The translations under genes were made by a program, and so were the position numbers. A stretch of DNA of 30,750 bases, taken from Bdellovibrionales bacterium. GTDB taxonomy: Bacteria > Bdellovibrionota > Bdellovibrionia > Bdellovibrionales > UBA840. The DNA lies in assembly GCA_037969075.1 (NCBI GenBank), contig JBBKWS010000077.1:1-30750 (forward strand), written 5' to 3'. Below are positions 10,215 through 20,790 of the stretch, in pieces. Within the stretch, counting starts at the first letter, position 1. Every line of letters starts with the position of its first letter. Under the pieces are notes generated by a model, which worked only from the letters and a program-made list of their open reading frames with translations, was not told the DNA's origin and did not search any database.

Positions 10215-10298
10215 TGAGATAACAAAAAACTCACACAAATTTTGACTAAGGTCTAAGAGCTTCAATTAGAAACTAGTTAGAAAAAACTAAAACGAAAC

Positions 10299-11177
10299 TT
10301 ACCTGGCCCCACTACCCGATTTAGATCTAGGGCTATTTTGCAACAAAAATGCTTTGGCTCTAGCTAAGTCTAAAGTACAACTCGTATTGATAAAATACGA
10401 AGTGGCGTAAGGGAAAATAAAAACCTTCCCACTTCCACAGTCTTTGATTCTACTGGCTTTGGGTTGTTCCCCAGGGTCAGCAAACAAATCGCAAGACCGA
10501 CTTGTATCAACTGTTTCAGCTGCGCAATCTCTACGAGCTTTAATGGCTATCTTTTTTTGTACGAAAACGCATTGGCAATAAGCCTTATTATACGCCATCA
10601 AATCACCGTCTGAAGGCATATCAAAATCTGATGGAACATCTGGTGTAACATAGCTACGATGCCTTACATCGTAAGTCCATCCACCAGCAAATTCACTTTT
10701 TAGCTTTGCTATATCAAACGCACCATCAAACCAGCCTTTTTTGTATTTCCCTTCTCTATCATAAGAAAAGATTGCTGTATCAAAACTTGTATACATTTTA
10801 TTATATCTATCAATTGCTAAATATAAATCTGATGATGTTGGATCTAAATTATAACGAATCCTTGCTTCCTGTAGCATTATATAAGTGCGAACCAACTCTT
10901 TAATAGCCTCTGAGTTATCAACTCCCTTAGATTGTAAAGCCACAATCTTTCTATGTAGCTCATCTAATTGATACTTCTGACTTTCTTTTTCTTTCAGCTT
11001 GTCTGCAGGAGTTTTAAAGTTAGCGCGTTCCCACATTTGATTTACCCATGAACTTATTTCTGTCTTACTAACAACATCACTAGATATGTTTTGGCGCCAT
11101 AACTCCTCAAAGTTAGTGATCAGAGGAGACGTCGTTACCGTTTGTGAAAATGCGAAAAAAAGTAAAAGTAAGTACAT
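10299..11177 (-). CDS. Secreted hypothetical protein with helical N-half and 6-Cys C-terminal region
   Basis: Short hydrophobic signal (AFS/Q), 292-aa ORF, no family motif recognised. Confidence 0.8.
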   Translation of the reverse strand: MYLLLLFFAFSQTVTTSPLITNFEELWRQNISSDVVSKTEISSWVNQMWERANFKTPADKLKEKESQKYQLDELHRKIVALQSKGVDNSEAIKELVRTYIMLQEARIRYNLDPTSSDLYLAIDRYNKMYTSFDTAIFSYDREGKYKKGWFDGAFDIAKLKSEFAGGWTYDVRHRSYVTPDVPSDFDMPSDGDLMAYNKAYCQCVFVQKKIAIKARRDCAAETVDTSRSCDLFADPGEQPKASRIKDCGSGKVFIFPYATSYFINTSCTLDLARAKAFLLQNSPRSKSGSGAR

Positions 11178-11294
11178 AATATAAGAATAAAGCGACTTGA
11201 ATTAAAAATGTATAAAAACCTAGCCAGACTAGATCTTTTCCTCTAAATAATACCACATAAGTAAGAGTCCAGTTAACTTCAATAGGAGATATAT

Positions 11295-11729
11295 ATGAAA
11301 TTACTAATTCTACCGTTTCTTTTACTAGGCTCATTAAGCTACGCAAACGAGATTTCTGACTGTAAAGATTTAAATGTGGACTTAAGATCACTTACTGTTC
11401 CGCTAGTGGAAAACTCTAGGTCATTTTTAGATGACTCAGTTCAACTTTATAAAATTGATCAAATCGAGCCTGCATGCTGCTCTGTTGGCGTAGCTGTTGT
11501 AATCAATGACGTACAATCTGAAGTTCCTGGCGATTCTAAATGTTTCGCTGTCTTAGGTTACACTGACGTAAATATTCTAAAGACTGATTTAGTGTTTAGT
11601 CGATCTCAAGGCACACTATTGATTATCCCAGCAAGCAGGTATAGTCCTGAAGGTGATGGGACATCTGTAGACGATCAATTAATTTTAAAATTAGATTTAC
11701 CTAACTCTAACGTTAGTATTTTAGAATAA
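11295..11729 (+). CDS. Secreted hypothetical protein with EPACC motif
   Basis: AGGAGA SD, signal peptide ending in SYA, beta-rich body with 4 Cys. Confidence 0.85.
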   Translation: MKLLILPFLLLGSLSYANEISDCKDLNVDLRSLTVPLVENSRSFLDDSVQLYKIDQIEPACCSVGVAVVINDVQSEVPGDSKCFAVLGYTDVNILKTDLVFSRSQGTLLIIPASRYSPEGDGTSVDDQLILKLDLPNSNVSILE

Positions 11730-11744
11730 ATCTTAATAGGGGTA

Positions 11745-13673
11745 TCAGGCTCTTAGATTCTTACGAACCTGTCCCGCAGGAATAGTTGGGGCAGGCTGCA
11801 GTAAAATGTTTTTTATATAATCTGTCGCCAATGTAGTTTTAGGCACTTCAATTTCAAACCACTCATCAACAGCTATATCCAAACATGATCCATGCATATA
11901 ATTATAAAGCGCAAAGCGTAAAGCCTTGCCCATCTCTTCATGGTCACATGGTGTTGGGTCGGTAAATGGAATTTCGTTGATGGCAAATAAGCCCTCTTTT
12001 GGAATTTTGGGGTAATGAGTTTTAATTTTAAAATTTTCTGGCATCTTACCCACAGGCGAATGAACAGTAGCCACGAACCTGTGCCAAAAAGCTGAATCGA
12101 TGCAGCCATTTACAAAAAGTTGTCTTACTACTTCAAGAGCATCCACAGTTTCTTGTACCGTCTGCGTCGGAAAGCCGTACATCAAGTACGCATGAACATA
12201 GATACCAGCATCTTTAAATGCTTTTGCAACATGCGCTACCTGCTCTATAGTCACGCCCTTTTTAGTTAGTTCTAAAAGTCTAGGAGAGGCTATTTCAAGT
12301 CCCCCAGTTACGGCGATGCAACCAGCATCCGCTAGTAGTGTACATACATCCTTAGTAAACATGGTATCAAATCTTATGTTACCCCAATAAGATAACTGTA
12401 ATTTTCTTTGAATAATTTCTTCAGACATTTTTTTTAATATAGCTGGAGGTGATGCCTCATCCACAAAATGAAATCCTGTTTGACCAGTTTCACTTATCAT
12501 CTTCTCCATATTGTCTACAATTTGCGTCGCTTTTTGCGGCTCAAACCTTTCAATATAATCTAGGGTTACATCGCAAAATGTGCATTGTTTCCAATAGCAG
12601 CCATGAGCTAAAATTAATTTATTCCATCTGTAATCTGACCATAATCTGTGAACAGGGTTTGGCATCTCGATCATAGATATATATTTATCTAGTTGTAAGC
12701 CTTTATAAGTTGGAGCCGATAAAGATTTAAAAGGTACATCTTTTTCACCTAAACTAGAAATTTTCTGAATTTGATTATTTTCTAGAAACCAAGTTCTTAA
12801 AAGTTGATTTTTATCTCGTTTTCCAGATAAGTGTTCAACGATGCATTCTAACGCTCTTTCTCCATCATCAAACACAAGGTAATCAATATATTTAAAAAAG
12901 CGTTTGTCATTTAAGGTTCTTAATTCAGTATTTACGTAACCGCCACCCATAACAATTTTTACGTTAGGTTTGATAGCCTTAGCAAACTTTGCAATTTTAA
13001 AAGCTCCGTACACATTTCCCGGAAAAGGTGCAGTAAGCGCAATCACATCTGGGTCATAGGACTTCATATACGCCGCCGTGATATCTTTTAGCATTTGATC
13101 AATGATGGTGTTTGATGTTTCTATTTGCTCATCTAAATCCGAAAACGAAGTTGAAGATGATGCTAATTTTTCTCCGTATCTAGAAAATTCAAACTTTTCA
13201 TCCACAGCTTTTCTTATAATGTCAGCGATATCATCAAAATATAAGCTTCCAATATACTTAGCTCTATCATGAGTAGCCATCTCTCCAAAAATTTCTAAGA
13301 GTTGCTTATGCTCATTTAGTGGTAAAAATCTTGGGCCTTCAGGAACAAGTGTACGACTGGCAAGTCGTAATGCAAGAGAAGAGTCGCCGCCACGCAAAAA
13401 TGTTTTTACAGGATCAACGGTAGCTTGATAATCTGTGAAGGCATCCATAAAAAATGGAATACTGTCATCTACATCTATTTTTTTATTATTTAAAATTGCA
13501 TTATGGATTTTTGTAAGACCTTCTTTAGAAAAAAGTTGGTCAATTAAATCAATCCCAAAGTCTTTTTGATCACACTCGATATTTTTTGAGTCTAAATAGG
13601 CCTTTAAATATGCCGTAGATGGATACGGTGTATTTAGCTGGGTCATCGGAGGGATTACCAATAAGACTTTCAT
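11745..13673 (-). CDS. B12-binding-domain radical SAM protein
   Basis: PPMTQLNTPYPSTAYL, PFPGN, MGGGY, DDGE, GCYWKQCTFCD (Cx4Cx2C), FHFVDEA, GGLE and HAYLMYGFPTQ. Start set to ATG 13673. Confidence 0.92.
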   Translation of the reverse strand: MKVLLVIPPMTQLNTPYPSTAYLKAYLDSKNIECDQKDFGIDLIDQLFSKEGLTKIHNAILNNKKIDVDDSIPFFMDAFTDYQATVDPVKTFLRGGDSSLALRLASRTLVPEGPRFLPLNEHKQLLEIFGEMATHDRAKYIGSLYFDDIADIIRKAVDEKFEFSRYGEKLASSSTSFSDLDEQIETSNTIIDQMLKDITAAYMKSYDPDVIALTAPFPGNVYGAFKIAKFAKAIKPNVKIVMGGGYVNTELRTLNDKRFFKYIDYLVFDDGERALECIVEHLSGKRDKNQLLRTWFLENNQIQKISSLGEKDVPFKSLSAPTYKGLQLDKYISMIEMPNPVHRLWSDYRWNKLILAHGCYWKQCTFCDVTLDYIERFEPQKATQIVDNMEKMISETGQTGFHFVDEASPPAILKKMSEEIIQRKLQLSYWGNIRFDTMFTKDVCTLLADAGCIAVTGGLEIASPRLLELTKKGVTIEQVAHVAKAFKDAGIYVHAYLMYGFPTQTVQETVDALEVVRQLFVNGCIDSAFWHRFVATVHSPVGKMPENFKIKTHYPKIPKEGLFAINEIPFTDPTPCDHEEMGKALRFALYNYMHGSCLDIAVDEWFEIEVPKTTLATDYIKNILLQPAPTIPAGQVRKNLRA

Positions 13674-13680
13674 AGATAAG

Positions 13681-13709
13681 GAACTAGCTGTTTTATAGGA
13701 TTCGGGCAA
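13681..13709 (-). promoter_or_regulatory. Putative sigma70 promoter (leaderless) for the radical SAM gene
   Basis: TTGCCC-N17-TAGTTC, then 7 nt to the ATG, with no SD. Confidence 0.45.
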
Positions 13710-13737
13710 CCAGCTCCGTGGTCTTTGTAATTCTTGC

Positions 13738-15591
13738 CTAACTTAAGTGCAATAGGATGCGCTTAGCAAGCACCATATTGAAACCTGGCAGAGCTGCAAT
13801 CTCTTCACTTGTAGCCCTCTGAATAGCTGCGATATCCCCGAACTTTCCTAGCAGTAGCTTCTTTCGCTTTTCTCCAAGTCCGATAATATCATCAAGCACA
13901 CTTGTTAGAGAATTTTTGTCTCTAAGCTTTCTATGAAATGTAATAGCAAACCTGTGAGCTTCATCTCTGATGCCGGTTAAAATATGAAGTCCTACCGAAT
14001 TAGAGTAAAATGTAACTGGGTTTTCACGTCCTGGTAAAAAAACTCTCTCTTCTGTTGATTCAACCTCTTGCGCGGCAAAGTTTGCCATGGTCCTAGCTTT
14101 TGCAAGCCCGCAGACAGGGATGTCATCGCGGCCGCATTCTTTCAGTGCCTCCATGGCCATCTTTAACTGTCCTTTGCCGCCGTCGATTACAATTAAATCT
14201 GGATCGTCAAATTCAGTATGAGCCAATCTTCTCTCGAGCACTTCTTTCATGGATTTAAAGTCATCCACCCCAATTACTGTTTTAATTTTATAGCGGCGAT
14301 AGTGCTCTTTTGCCGGCAGTCCGTTTTCAAAAACTACTTGCGATGCCACTGTTGCCTCGCCCTGAAAATGAGAGATGTCGTAACATTCTATTCTAAACGG
14401 AGTTTTTTTAAGCTGTAATTTTTTTTGAATTTCATCCAATCCTTTATAGCGCTCATCCCGTTTTCGCATTTGCGCCTTAAAACTCTCTTCTGCATTTTGA
14501 AATGCTAATTTCAGTAGCTCTTTAGATTTTAAATCCACTGGATGCTTGGCAATTACTTTTTTCTTTTTTCTTTCGGTCAATAGTTTTTCAATCAATAAGG
14601 TTAGATCTTTTCCCATATCAATGGGCAACAGCAAACAATCCGGAATCAAATTATTTTCATAGTACTGAATAATAAAAGAAGATAAGGCTTCACGAATATC
14701 TTCTTCTGAATCCATAATATTCACTAACGGAAAATGATGGTGCTGGTGTCCTAATAAAATGCCTTTCCTTAAATGTAAGCATTCAATAGTAAGGCCTTTG
14801 TCTGTTCCATAGAATCCCAGAACATCTTGGTCAATATCCTCATCCGTTGCCACAACACTTTGCTTTTCTAAAATGTGCTTTAAGGCTTTGACAGAATCTC
14901 TAAGTCTCCCCGCCTGCTCAAACTGCTCAACCTTTGCTGATTCTTTCATTTGCTTCTCTAGATCTGAGAGAAGCTTCTTGTTTCTCCCTCTTAAAAATTG
15001 CAGGGCTAATTTTACATCTTCGCCGTATTCTTTTTCATCCACGTACCCCACGCATGGAGCTTTACAGCGCCCAATTTGATGAGTCATACACGGTCGTTTA
15101 CGATTTTTCATTATAGAATCCGAGCAGTCTCTAATCATAAAAGTTTGATTTAAAAATTTAATAGTTTCACGAATAGCAAAAGCTGAAATAAATGGACCAA
15201 AATATTCTGAGCCATCTTGTTTGACCGTACGACTTAAATACAACCTTGGAAACGGATGAGCTAAACTTAATTTCAAATACGGATAAGATCTATCGTCTTT
15301 TAGACGAATATTAAATTTTGGTTTATGTTTTTTAATCAATGAAGCTTCTAATAAAAGTGCTTCTAGCTCAGTCTTTGTAGTTAAAAATTCTATATCTTCA
15401 ATGTAGGCCACAAGCATTCTAGTTTTTGAACTTAAGTCTTTGCTACCGGTAAAATATGACCTAACTCGATTTTTTATATTTTTAGCTTTACCTACATACA
15501 GAATCTTACCCATACGATTTTTCATAAGGTAAACGCCCGGTGACTCTGGGGCTTCACTAATAATTTCTTTTATCTGGTCCGTTTTACTCAT
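13738..15591 (-). CDS. uvrC: Excinuclease ABC subunit C
   Basis: GIY-YIG ([14 protein letters not shown]), 4-Cys cluster, UVR domain, [24 protein letters not shown] and HhH. Confidence 0.98.
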   Translation of the reverse strand: MSKTDQIKEIISEAPESPGVYLMKNRMGKILYVGKAKNIKNRVRSYFTGSKDLSSKTRMLVAYIEDIEFLTTKTELEALLLEASLIKKHKPKFNIRLKDDRSYPYLKLSLAHPFPRLYLSRTVKQDGSEYFGPFISAFAIRETIKFLNQTFMIRDCSDSIMKNRKRPCMTHQIGRCKAPCVGYVDEKEYGEDVKLALQFLRGRNKKLLSDLEKQMKESAKVEQFEQAGRLRDSVKALKHILEKQSVVATDEDIDQDVLGFYGTDKGLTIECLHLRKGILLGHQHHHFPLVNIMDSEEDIREALSSFIIQYYENNLIPDCLLLPIDMGKDLTLLIEKLLTERKKKKVIAKHPVDLKSKELLKLAFQNAEESFKAQMRKRDERYKGLDEIQKKLQLKKTPFRIECYDISHFQGEATVASQVVFENGLPAKEHYRRYKIKTVIGVDDFKSMKEVLERRLAHTEFDDPDLIVIDGGKGQLKMAMEALKECGRDDIPVCGLAKARTMANFAAQEVESTEERVFLPGRENPVTFYSNSVGLHILTGIRDEAHRFAITFHRKLRDKNSLTSVLDDIIGLGEKRKKLLLGKFGDIAAIQRATSEEIAALPGFNMVLAKRILLHLS

Positions 15592-17647
15592 TGCCTCTTA
15601 CGCTCAACTCTAACATTTCTAACCTTTTAACTTCATCCCTTAGTTTTGCTGCCTCTTCAAATTCCAAAGAATCCGATGCCTTTTTCATTCTATTTCGAAG
15701 CGTCTTAATTTTCTTTAAAATATCTTTTGAGTTGGTTAAATCCCCTGCTTTTACTTTAGTTAATAAAAATGCCGGGGACTCATCAACAGGAATTTCAACA
15801 TAATCACCACTTGAGAAAATCTTATCAATATTGTCGTGAATTCGCTTTTTGATAGTTTTAGGAGTAATCCCATGTACCTTGTTGTATTCTTCTTGCTTGG
15901 TCCTTCTTCTGCTGGTTTCACCCATGGCGGTTTTAATAGAGTCCGTTTCTCGGGATGCGTACAAGATCACACGTCCTTCGGCATTTCTGGCGGCCCTGCC
16001 TATGGTTTGAATCAAAGACCTTGCAGATCGCAAAAAACCTTCTTTATCAGCGTCAGTTATGGCAACCAGCGAGACCTCTGGAATATCTAAGCCTTCCCTA
16101 AGAAGGTTAATACCAATCAACACATCAAAAAGTCCTAAACGAAGATCTCTGATGATTTGTGTTCTTTCAAAGGTCAAAATATCACTGTGAAGATATTTAA
16201 CTTTTAAACCAAGGCTTACAAAATACTCAGTTAAATCTTCAGACATTTTTTTTGTAAGAGTTGTAACTAAAACTCTTTCATTTTTAGCTATTCGAATACG
16301 GATCTCTTTTAATAAATCATCCACTTGATGTTCGGCTGGTCTGATTTCTACAATCGGATCTAAAAGGCCTGTAGGACGAATGATTTGCTCAACCACCAAA
16401 CCGCCAGATTTTTTAAATTCATACTCTCCAGGGGTAGCTGACACATAAATGGTTTTATCAACACTTGCTTCAAATTCTTGAAAATTAAGCGGCCTATTAT
16501 CTAAGGCCGACGGAAGTCTAAAGCCATGCTCTACTAAATTAGTTTTTCTAGCTCTATCGCCCCGGTACATCCCGCCGATTTGTGGGACAGTAATGTGACT
16601 CTCATCTAAAAAACATAAAAAATTAGGGGGGAAATATTCTATCAATGTCGGCGGCGCTTCACCCGTTAGCCTCCCCGTAAAATGTCTAGAGTAATTTTCG
16701 ATCCCGTTGCAAAACCCAAGCTGTTCAATCATCTCTATATCTAAATAGGTTCTTTGCTCTAAACGTTTGGCTTCAGCTATTTTTCCTTGTTGATTTAAAT
16801 CTTGCAGGCGCCACAAAAGTTCTTCTTGAATCGAATGGATGGCTTGTTTAGTTCTCTCGATGGTTGAGACATAATGGCTGGCTGGATAAATAGTAATTTC
16901 ATCCATTTTAGATAGGGTTTCGCGTCTAATAGGATCTACCCAAGTAATCTTATCTATATAGTCACCAAAAAATTCTACTCTGATGATTTTTGTATCTTCA
17001 AACGGAGGAAATATTTCAACCACATCACCTCGAACCCTAAAGTTTGTACGATAAAAATCAATGTCACTTCGTGAATATTGCAGAAACACTAAGTCTCTTA
17101 AAAACTGATCCCGTTTAATATTATCATTCACTTTTATATGTAAGGTAAGATCCCCGTAAGAATCAGGTGATCCTAAACCGTAAATGCAAGAAACAGAACT
17201 AATGATGATTACGTCACTTCGCTCTAACAGTGACCTTGTAGCAGAATGGCGCATACGATCTATTTGTTCGTTAATGGCAGAATCTTTTTCGATGTATAAA
17301 TCTTTTGACGGTACGTAAGCCTCAGGTTGGTAGTAATCGTAATATGACACAAAATATTCTACCGCGTTTAGAGGAAATAAATCTTTAAATTCAGCATACA
17401 TTTGGGCAGCCAATGTTTTATTAGGAGCCATGATTAATGTGGGGCGATTTAAAGCTTGAATGGTATTAGCCATGGTAAAGGTTTTACCCGAGCCAGTAAC
17501 ACCTAGTAAGACTTGCTCTTTTACTTCTGCTTTTAAATTTTCAACAAGTTGTTCGATCGCTCTGGGCTGGTCGCCTGACGGTAAAAAGTCCCCTTTCAAT
17601 TGAAAAGGGAGTTCTCTTACTCGCTTTCTTATTTCTGAACTTCCCAT
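15584..17647 (-). CDS. uvrB: Excinuclease ABC subunit B
   Basis: [57 protein letters not shown] and C-terminal UVR domain. Confidence 0.99.
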   Translation of the reverse strand: MGSSEIRKRVRELPFQLKGDFLPSGDQPRAIEQLVENLKAEVKEQVLLGVTGSGKTFTMANTIQALNRPTLIMAPNKTLAAQMYAEFKDLFPLNAVEYFVSYYDYYQPEAYVPSKDLYIEKDSAINEQIDRMRHSATRSLLERSDVIIISSVSCIYGLGSPDSYGDLTLHIKVNDNIKRDQFLRDLVFLQYSRSDIDFYRTNFRVRGDVVEIFPPFEDTKIIRVEFFGDYIDKITWVDPIRRETLSKMDEITIYPASHYVSTIERTKQAIHSIQEELLWRLQDLNQQGKIAEAKRLEQRTYLDIEMIEQLGFCNGIENYSRHFTGRLTGEAPPTLIEYFPPNFLCFLDESHITVPQIGGMYRGDRARKTNLVEHGFRLPSALDNRPLNFQEFEASVDKTIYVSATPGEYEFKKSGGLVVEQIIRPTGLLDPIVEIRPAEHQVDDLLKEIRIRIAKNERVLVTTLTKKMSEDLTEYFVSLGLKVKYLHSDILTFERTQIIRDLRLGLFDVLIGINLLREGLDIPEVSLVAITDADKEGFLRSARSLIQTIGRAARNAEGRVILYASRETDSIKTAMGETSRRRTKQEEYNKVHGITPKTIKKRIHDNIDKIFSSGDYVEIPVDESPAFLLTKVKAGDLTNSKDILKKIKTLRNRMKKASDSLEFEEAAKLRDEVKRLEMLELSVRGNE

Positions 17648-19089
17648 ATAGTTCCCTCAGGGGTGTCTTGCACAGATATTTTCAGCTCATCTAGTTTTAA
17701 TCTCAACTCATCAGCTTTTTTAAAATCTTTTTTACTTCTGGCTTCTATTCTTGCTGCGATCAATGCATCAACGTCACATCGAAGGATATTTCTTTCTGCC
17801 AAAAGATGATTGTCTAAAGACAAAAGATACTCCTTGGGCTCCCTAACAAAAAGGGCCATGATTTTACCAATGTGATGGACCCACATGGTAAATGCCTTGG
17901 CTCGGTAAAATATTTTAGACGTAATTTTTTGTCCAGGTTTGTAACTAGCATTGAAGCTGCGGATCATTTCAAAGATCTGAGCCAATACAACAGGTGTGTT
18001 AATATCATCATTAAATGCTTCTTCTACTTTTTGACTGGCGGCTTTAATCAATGCTTCATAATCAACATCTACCTCGGCACTAAGGCTAGCGCCCTTAGCC
18101 ATAATTTCTTGTGCAAGGTTTAGAGTAGAATAAATTCTACCAAGAGCTGCTATGGCGTTCGTTGCTGCTGCCACAGAAAAATCTAATTGTGAGCGGTAGT
18201 GAGACGATAAGATCATATATTTAAAAATCTCAGCATCATATTTTTCTAAAAAATCTCTTAAGCTAACAACATTACCTACAGATTTAGACATCTTCTCACC
18301 TGAGAAGTTTATAAAATTATTATGCATCCAATATTTTGAAAAATGTTTACCCGTTGCCGCCTCACTTTGTGCAATTTCATTTTCGTGATGAGGAAAAATT
18401 AAATCTATTCCACCACCATGAATATCAATTTGTTCTCCGTGAATTGCGCAGTTCATTGCCGAGCACTCAATGTGCCAACCAGGGCGTCCTTCGCCCCAAG
18501 GAGACGGCCACTTTGGCTCTCCCGGCTTTGCTGGTTTCCACAAAGAGAAATCCATTGGGTTTTTCTTTCTTGGATCTATCTCAACTCTAGAACCCGCAAT
18601 CAATTCATCAATATTTTTGTGACTTAGTTTTCCATAACCATCAAAAGAGTCGATAGAGAAGAAAACTTCCCCGTCTTTTGCGTACGCGTTACCTTTTTTT
18701 ATAATTTCTTCGATCATTTTAACGATATCATCCATGTGTTCTGTCACTTTTGGATTGGCAGAATGAGGAGAGAGGCCTAAGGCTTCGTAATCTTTCTTAA
18801 ATTCTTGAATAAAACGCTCACTAATTATGCTTGAAGTAACATTCTGTTCGATGGCAGCGTTGATTATTTTGTCATCCACGTCAGTAAAATTATAAACATA
18901 GGTAACCTCGAAGCCCAAGTGCTCTAGCCAATTGCGTAGCATGTTATACACCACAGGGCCCCTAAAATTCCCTACATGTAGTAACTGATAAACTGTGGGA
19001 CCGCATACGTAGAGTTTTACTTTGCCTTTCTCTAAAGGTTCAAAGCTCTCTTTTTTCTGTGTCATGGTATTATATATCTGAAGTGCCAT
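17629..19089 (-). CDS. cysS: Cysteine--tRNA ligase
   Basis: [39 protein letters not shown] and KMSKS. Start set to ATG 19089 after AAAGGG. Confidence 0.98.
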   Translation of the reverse strand: MALQIYNTMTQKKESFEPLEKGKVKLYVCGPTVYQLLHVGNFRGPVVYNMLRNWLEHLGFEVTYVYNFTDVDDKIINAAIEQNVTSSIISERFIQEFKKDYEALGLSPHSANPKVTEHMDDIVKMIEEIIKKGNAYAKDGEVFFSIDSFDGYGKLSHKNIDELIAGSRVEIDPRKKNPMDFSLWKPAKPGEPKWPSPWGEGRPGWHIECSAMNCAIHGEQIDIHGGGIDLIFPHHENEIAQSEAATGKHFSKYWMHNNFINFSGEKMSKSVGNVVSLRDFLEKYDAEIFKYMILSSHYRSQLDFSVAAATNAIAALGRIYSTLNLAQEIMAKGASLSAEVDVDYEALIKAASQKVEEAFNDDINTPVVLAQIFEMIRSFNASYKPGQKITSKIFYRAKAFTMWVHHIGKIMALFVREPKEYLLSLDNHLLAERNILRCDVDALIAARIEARSKKDFKKADELRLKLDELKISVQDTPEGTIWEVQK

Positions 19090-19157
19090 AACTAGCCCTT
19101 TCTTAAATAATCTTACATTGAGTGTTGACAAACAAATTCGAATCGTACGATGCTTTA

Positions 19158-19215
19158 TGTATACAAGCCAAGCACGGATGCGCTACTCTTTGGGCCAAGG
19201 AAGGCCCCCTCATTA
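19158..19215 (+). ncRNA. Candidate CsrA/RsmA-binding small RNA element (two GGA-loop hairpins)
   Basis: GC-ACGGAT-GC (19172-19181) and GGGCC-AAGGAA-GGCCC (19192-19207), with upstream TTGACA (19125-19130) and TACGAT (19146-19151). Boundaries are approximate. Confidence 0.4.
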
Positions 19216-19238
19216 AAAAGAAGTTATCAGCAACCAAC

Positions 19239-20705
19239 CTAGTTTACCTTACTTACTTTCTCAGCTCTAAATAGTAACGATCCTTTTTTCATGCAAGGAA
19301 CCAACTGCTTCAGTTCTGCTCCATGCGCCTTACCTATCACTGCTACACGTAGCGGCATAAATAAAAACTTTCCTTTAACATTACAGTTTGTTTTTACCGC
19401 ATCCTGTATTTTATTAAAGTCTGCTTCCGTAAAATCATCTCCAGCATGAGCCATAACTTGCTTTGTCCACTCCGCTAATACTGCTGGCGTTGATTCCCAA
19501 GTAAAAACCTCTTTGGCTTCTTCTTGAATTTTAAACCCCTCATCATCTAACATCTGATATAGCGCCACCGCATCTAACAAAGTTTCCATAGAAGTTTTAA
19601 ATACCGCCAAGGTCTTATCTTGCCAGTCCTTATCTTTCCATAATGTCGATGACACTGGAAGACCGGCTGTAGCTAAAAATGGCTCTACGCGCTTCCAAAG
19701 CTCATCATGCGGAAGCTCTCTTAAATAAGTTGCGTTCATCCACTTGAATTTTACTTCATCAAATACCGCAGCAGCTCCGTGCAAGCGATCTAGATCAAAA
19801 TTTTTAATCAAATCATCTTTACTTAAAATTTCTTTCCCGTCAGGGGAAGACCAGCCTAGTAGAGCTAAAAAGTTGGTCATTGCTTCTGGTAAAAAACCCA
19901 TTTCTTCGTACTGTTTACAAGAAGTCGCTCCGTGGCGCTTACTTAGCTTTTGCTTATCAGCACCCAAGATAATAGATAAATGACCAAAGGTTGGCATTGG
20001 ATACTCGAACGCCTCATAGATCATCATTTGCCTAAGAGTATTACTTAAATGCTCCTCTGCTCTAAGTACGTGACTTATATCCATCAGGGCATCATCAACT
20101 ACACAACAAAAGTTATAAACAGGCATTCCATCAGATCTAAGAACTACAAAGTCCCCCACCATATCGCTAGGAAACGTAACGTCACCCCTAATAATATCTT
20201 TAAAAGTATAGGATTCCTTGCCTGAAGGGATTTTAAAGCGCACAGCACCTTTTTCACCCTTTTCTATTTTCGCTTTGGCTTCCTCATAAGAGATATGACT
20301 ACAGGTGCGGTCATAGTGTGGAGGACGGTTGGCCTTAACAGCTTCTTCTTTTGCTTTTTCTAAATGCTCATTTGTACAAAAACAGTAGTAAGCTTTTTTT
20401 GATTTAAGGAGTCTTTCTGCATGTTCTTTATAAATACTTAAGCGCTCTGATTGGTAGTAAGGACCAAGAGGACCTTCAACTTTAGGCCCCTCGTCCCAAT
20501 CATAACCTAGCCACTTTAGATCATTTAAAACTATGTCTACTGACTCTTTTGTACTTCTGGCCTGATCTGTATCCTCAATTCTAAGTACAAAATCACCACC
20601 CATCTTCTTAGCATATAGCCAAGAGTATAAAGCAGTCCTTGCTCCTCCCACATGAAGGTTTCCGGTAGGACTTGGTGCAAATCTAGTGCGAACACGGTTA
20701 AACAT
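19239..20705 (-). CDS. gltX: Glutamate--tRNA ligase
   Basis: RFAPSPTG, HVGG, RIEDTD, YYQSER, RAEEHLSNT, KLSKR and FMPLRVA; AAGGAG SD. Confidence 0.98.
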   Translation of the reverse strand: MFNRVRTRFAPSPTGNLHVGGARTALYSWLYAKKMGGDFVLRIEDTDQARSTKESVDIVLNDLKWLGYDWDEGPKVEGPLGPYYQSERLSIYKEHAERLLKSKKAYYCFCTNEHLEKAKEEAVKANRPPHYDRTCSHISYEEAKAKIEKGEKGAVRFKIPSGKESYTFKDIIRGDVTFPSDMVGDFVVLRSDGMPVYNFCCVVDDALMDISHVLRAEEHLSNTLRQMMIYEAFEYPMPTFGHLSIILGADKQKLSKRHGATSCKQYEEMGFLPEAMTNFLALLGWSSPDGKEILSKDDLIKNFDLDRLHGAAAVFDEVKFKWMNATYLRELPHDELWKRVEPFLATAGLPVSSTLWKDKDWQDKTLAVFKTSMETLLDAVALYQMLDDEGFKIQEEAKEVFTWESTPAVLAEWTKQVMAHAGDDFTEADFNKIQDAVKTNCNVKGKFLFMPLRVAVIGKAHGAELKQLVPCMKKGSLLFRAEKVSKVN

Positions 20706-20760
20706 GAGTTCTCCTTTAACAGAATGAAAAGGATACTATCATCGACTCTGATTTTAAGGC

Positions 20761-20788
20761 AAAAAAAAAGCCCCAGATCGGGGCTTTT
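20761..20788 (-). terminator. Rho-independent terminator after carD
   Basis: Minus strand reads AAAAGCCCC-GATCT-GGGGC followed by 9 T, immediately after the carD stop. Confidence 0.9.
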
Positions 20789-20790
20789 AT

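Noticed and set aside
11745..13673. RiPP biosynthetic cluster around the radical SAM gene
   Set aside because: No precursor peptide, peptidase or exporter is adjacent; the neighbours are uvrC and a convergent secreted protein.
13710..13724. Single ACGGA after uvrC on the minus strand as a CsrA site
   Set aside because: Weak stem, single site, and upstream of the predicted promoter; insufficient support.
19090..19238. T-box leader or tRNA between gltX and cysS
   Set aside because: No T-box GGTGGNACCGCG motif, no cloverleaf or TTCGA arm in a tRNA context, and too short.
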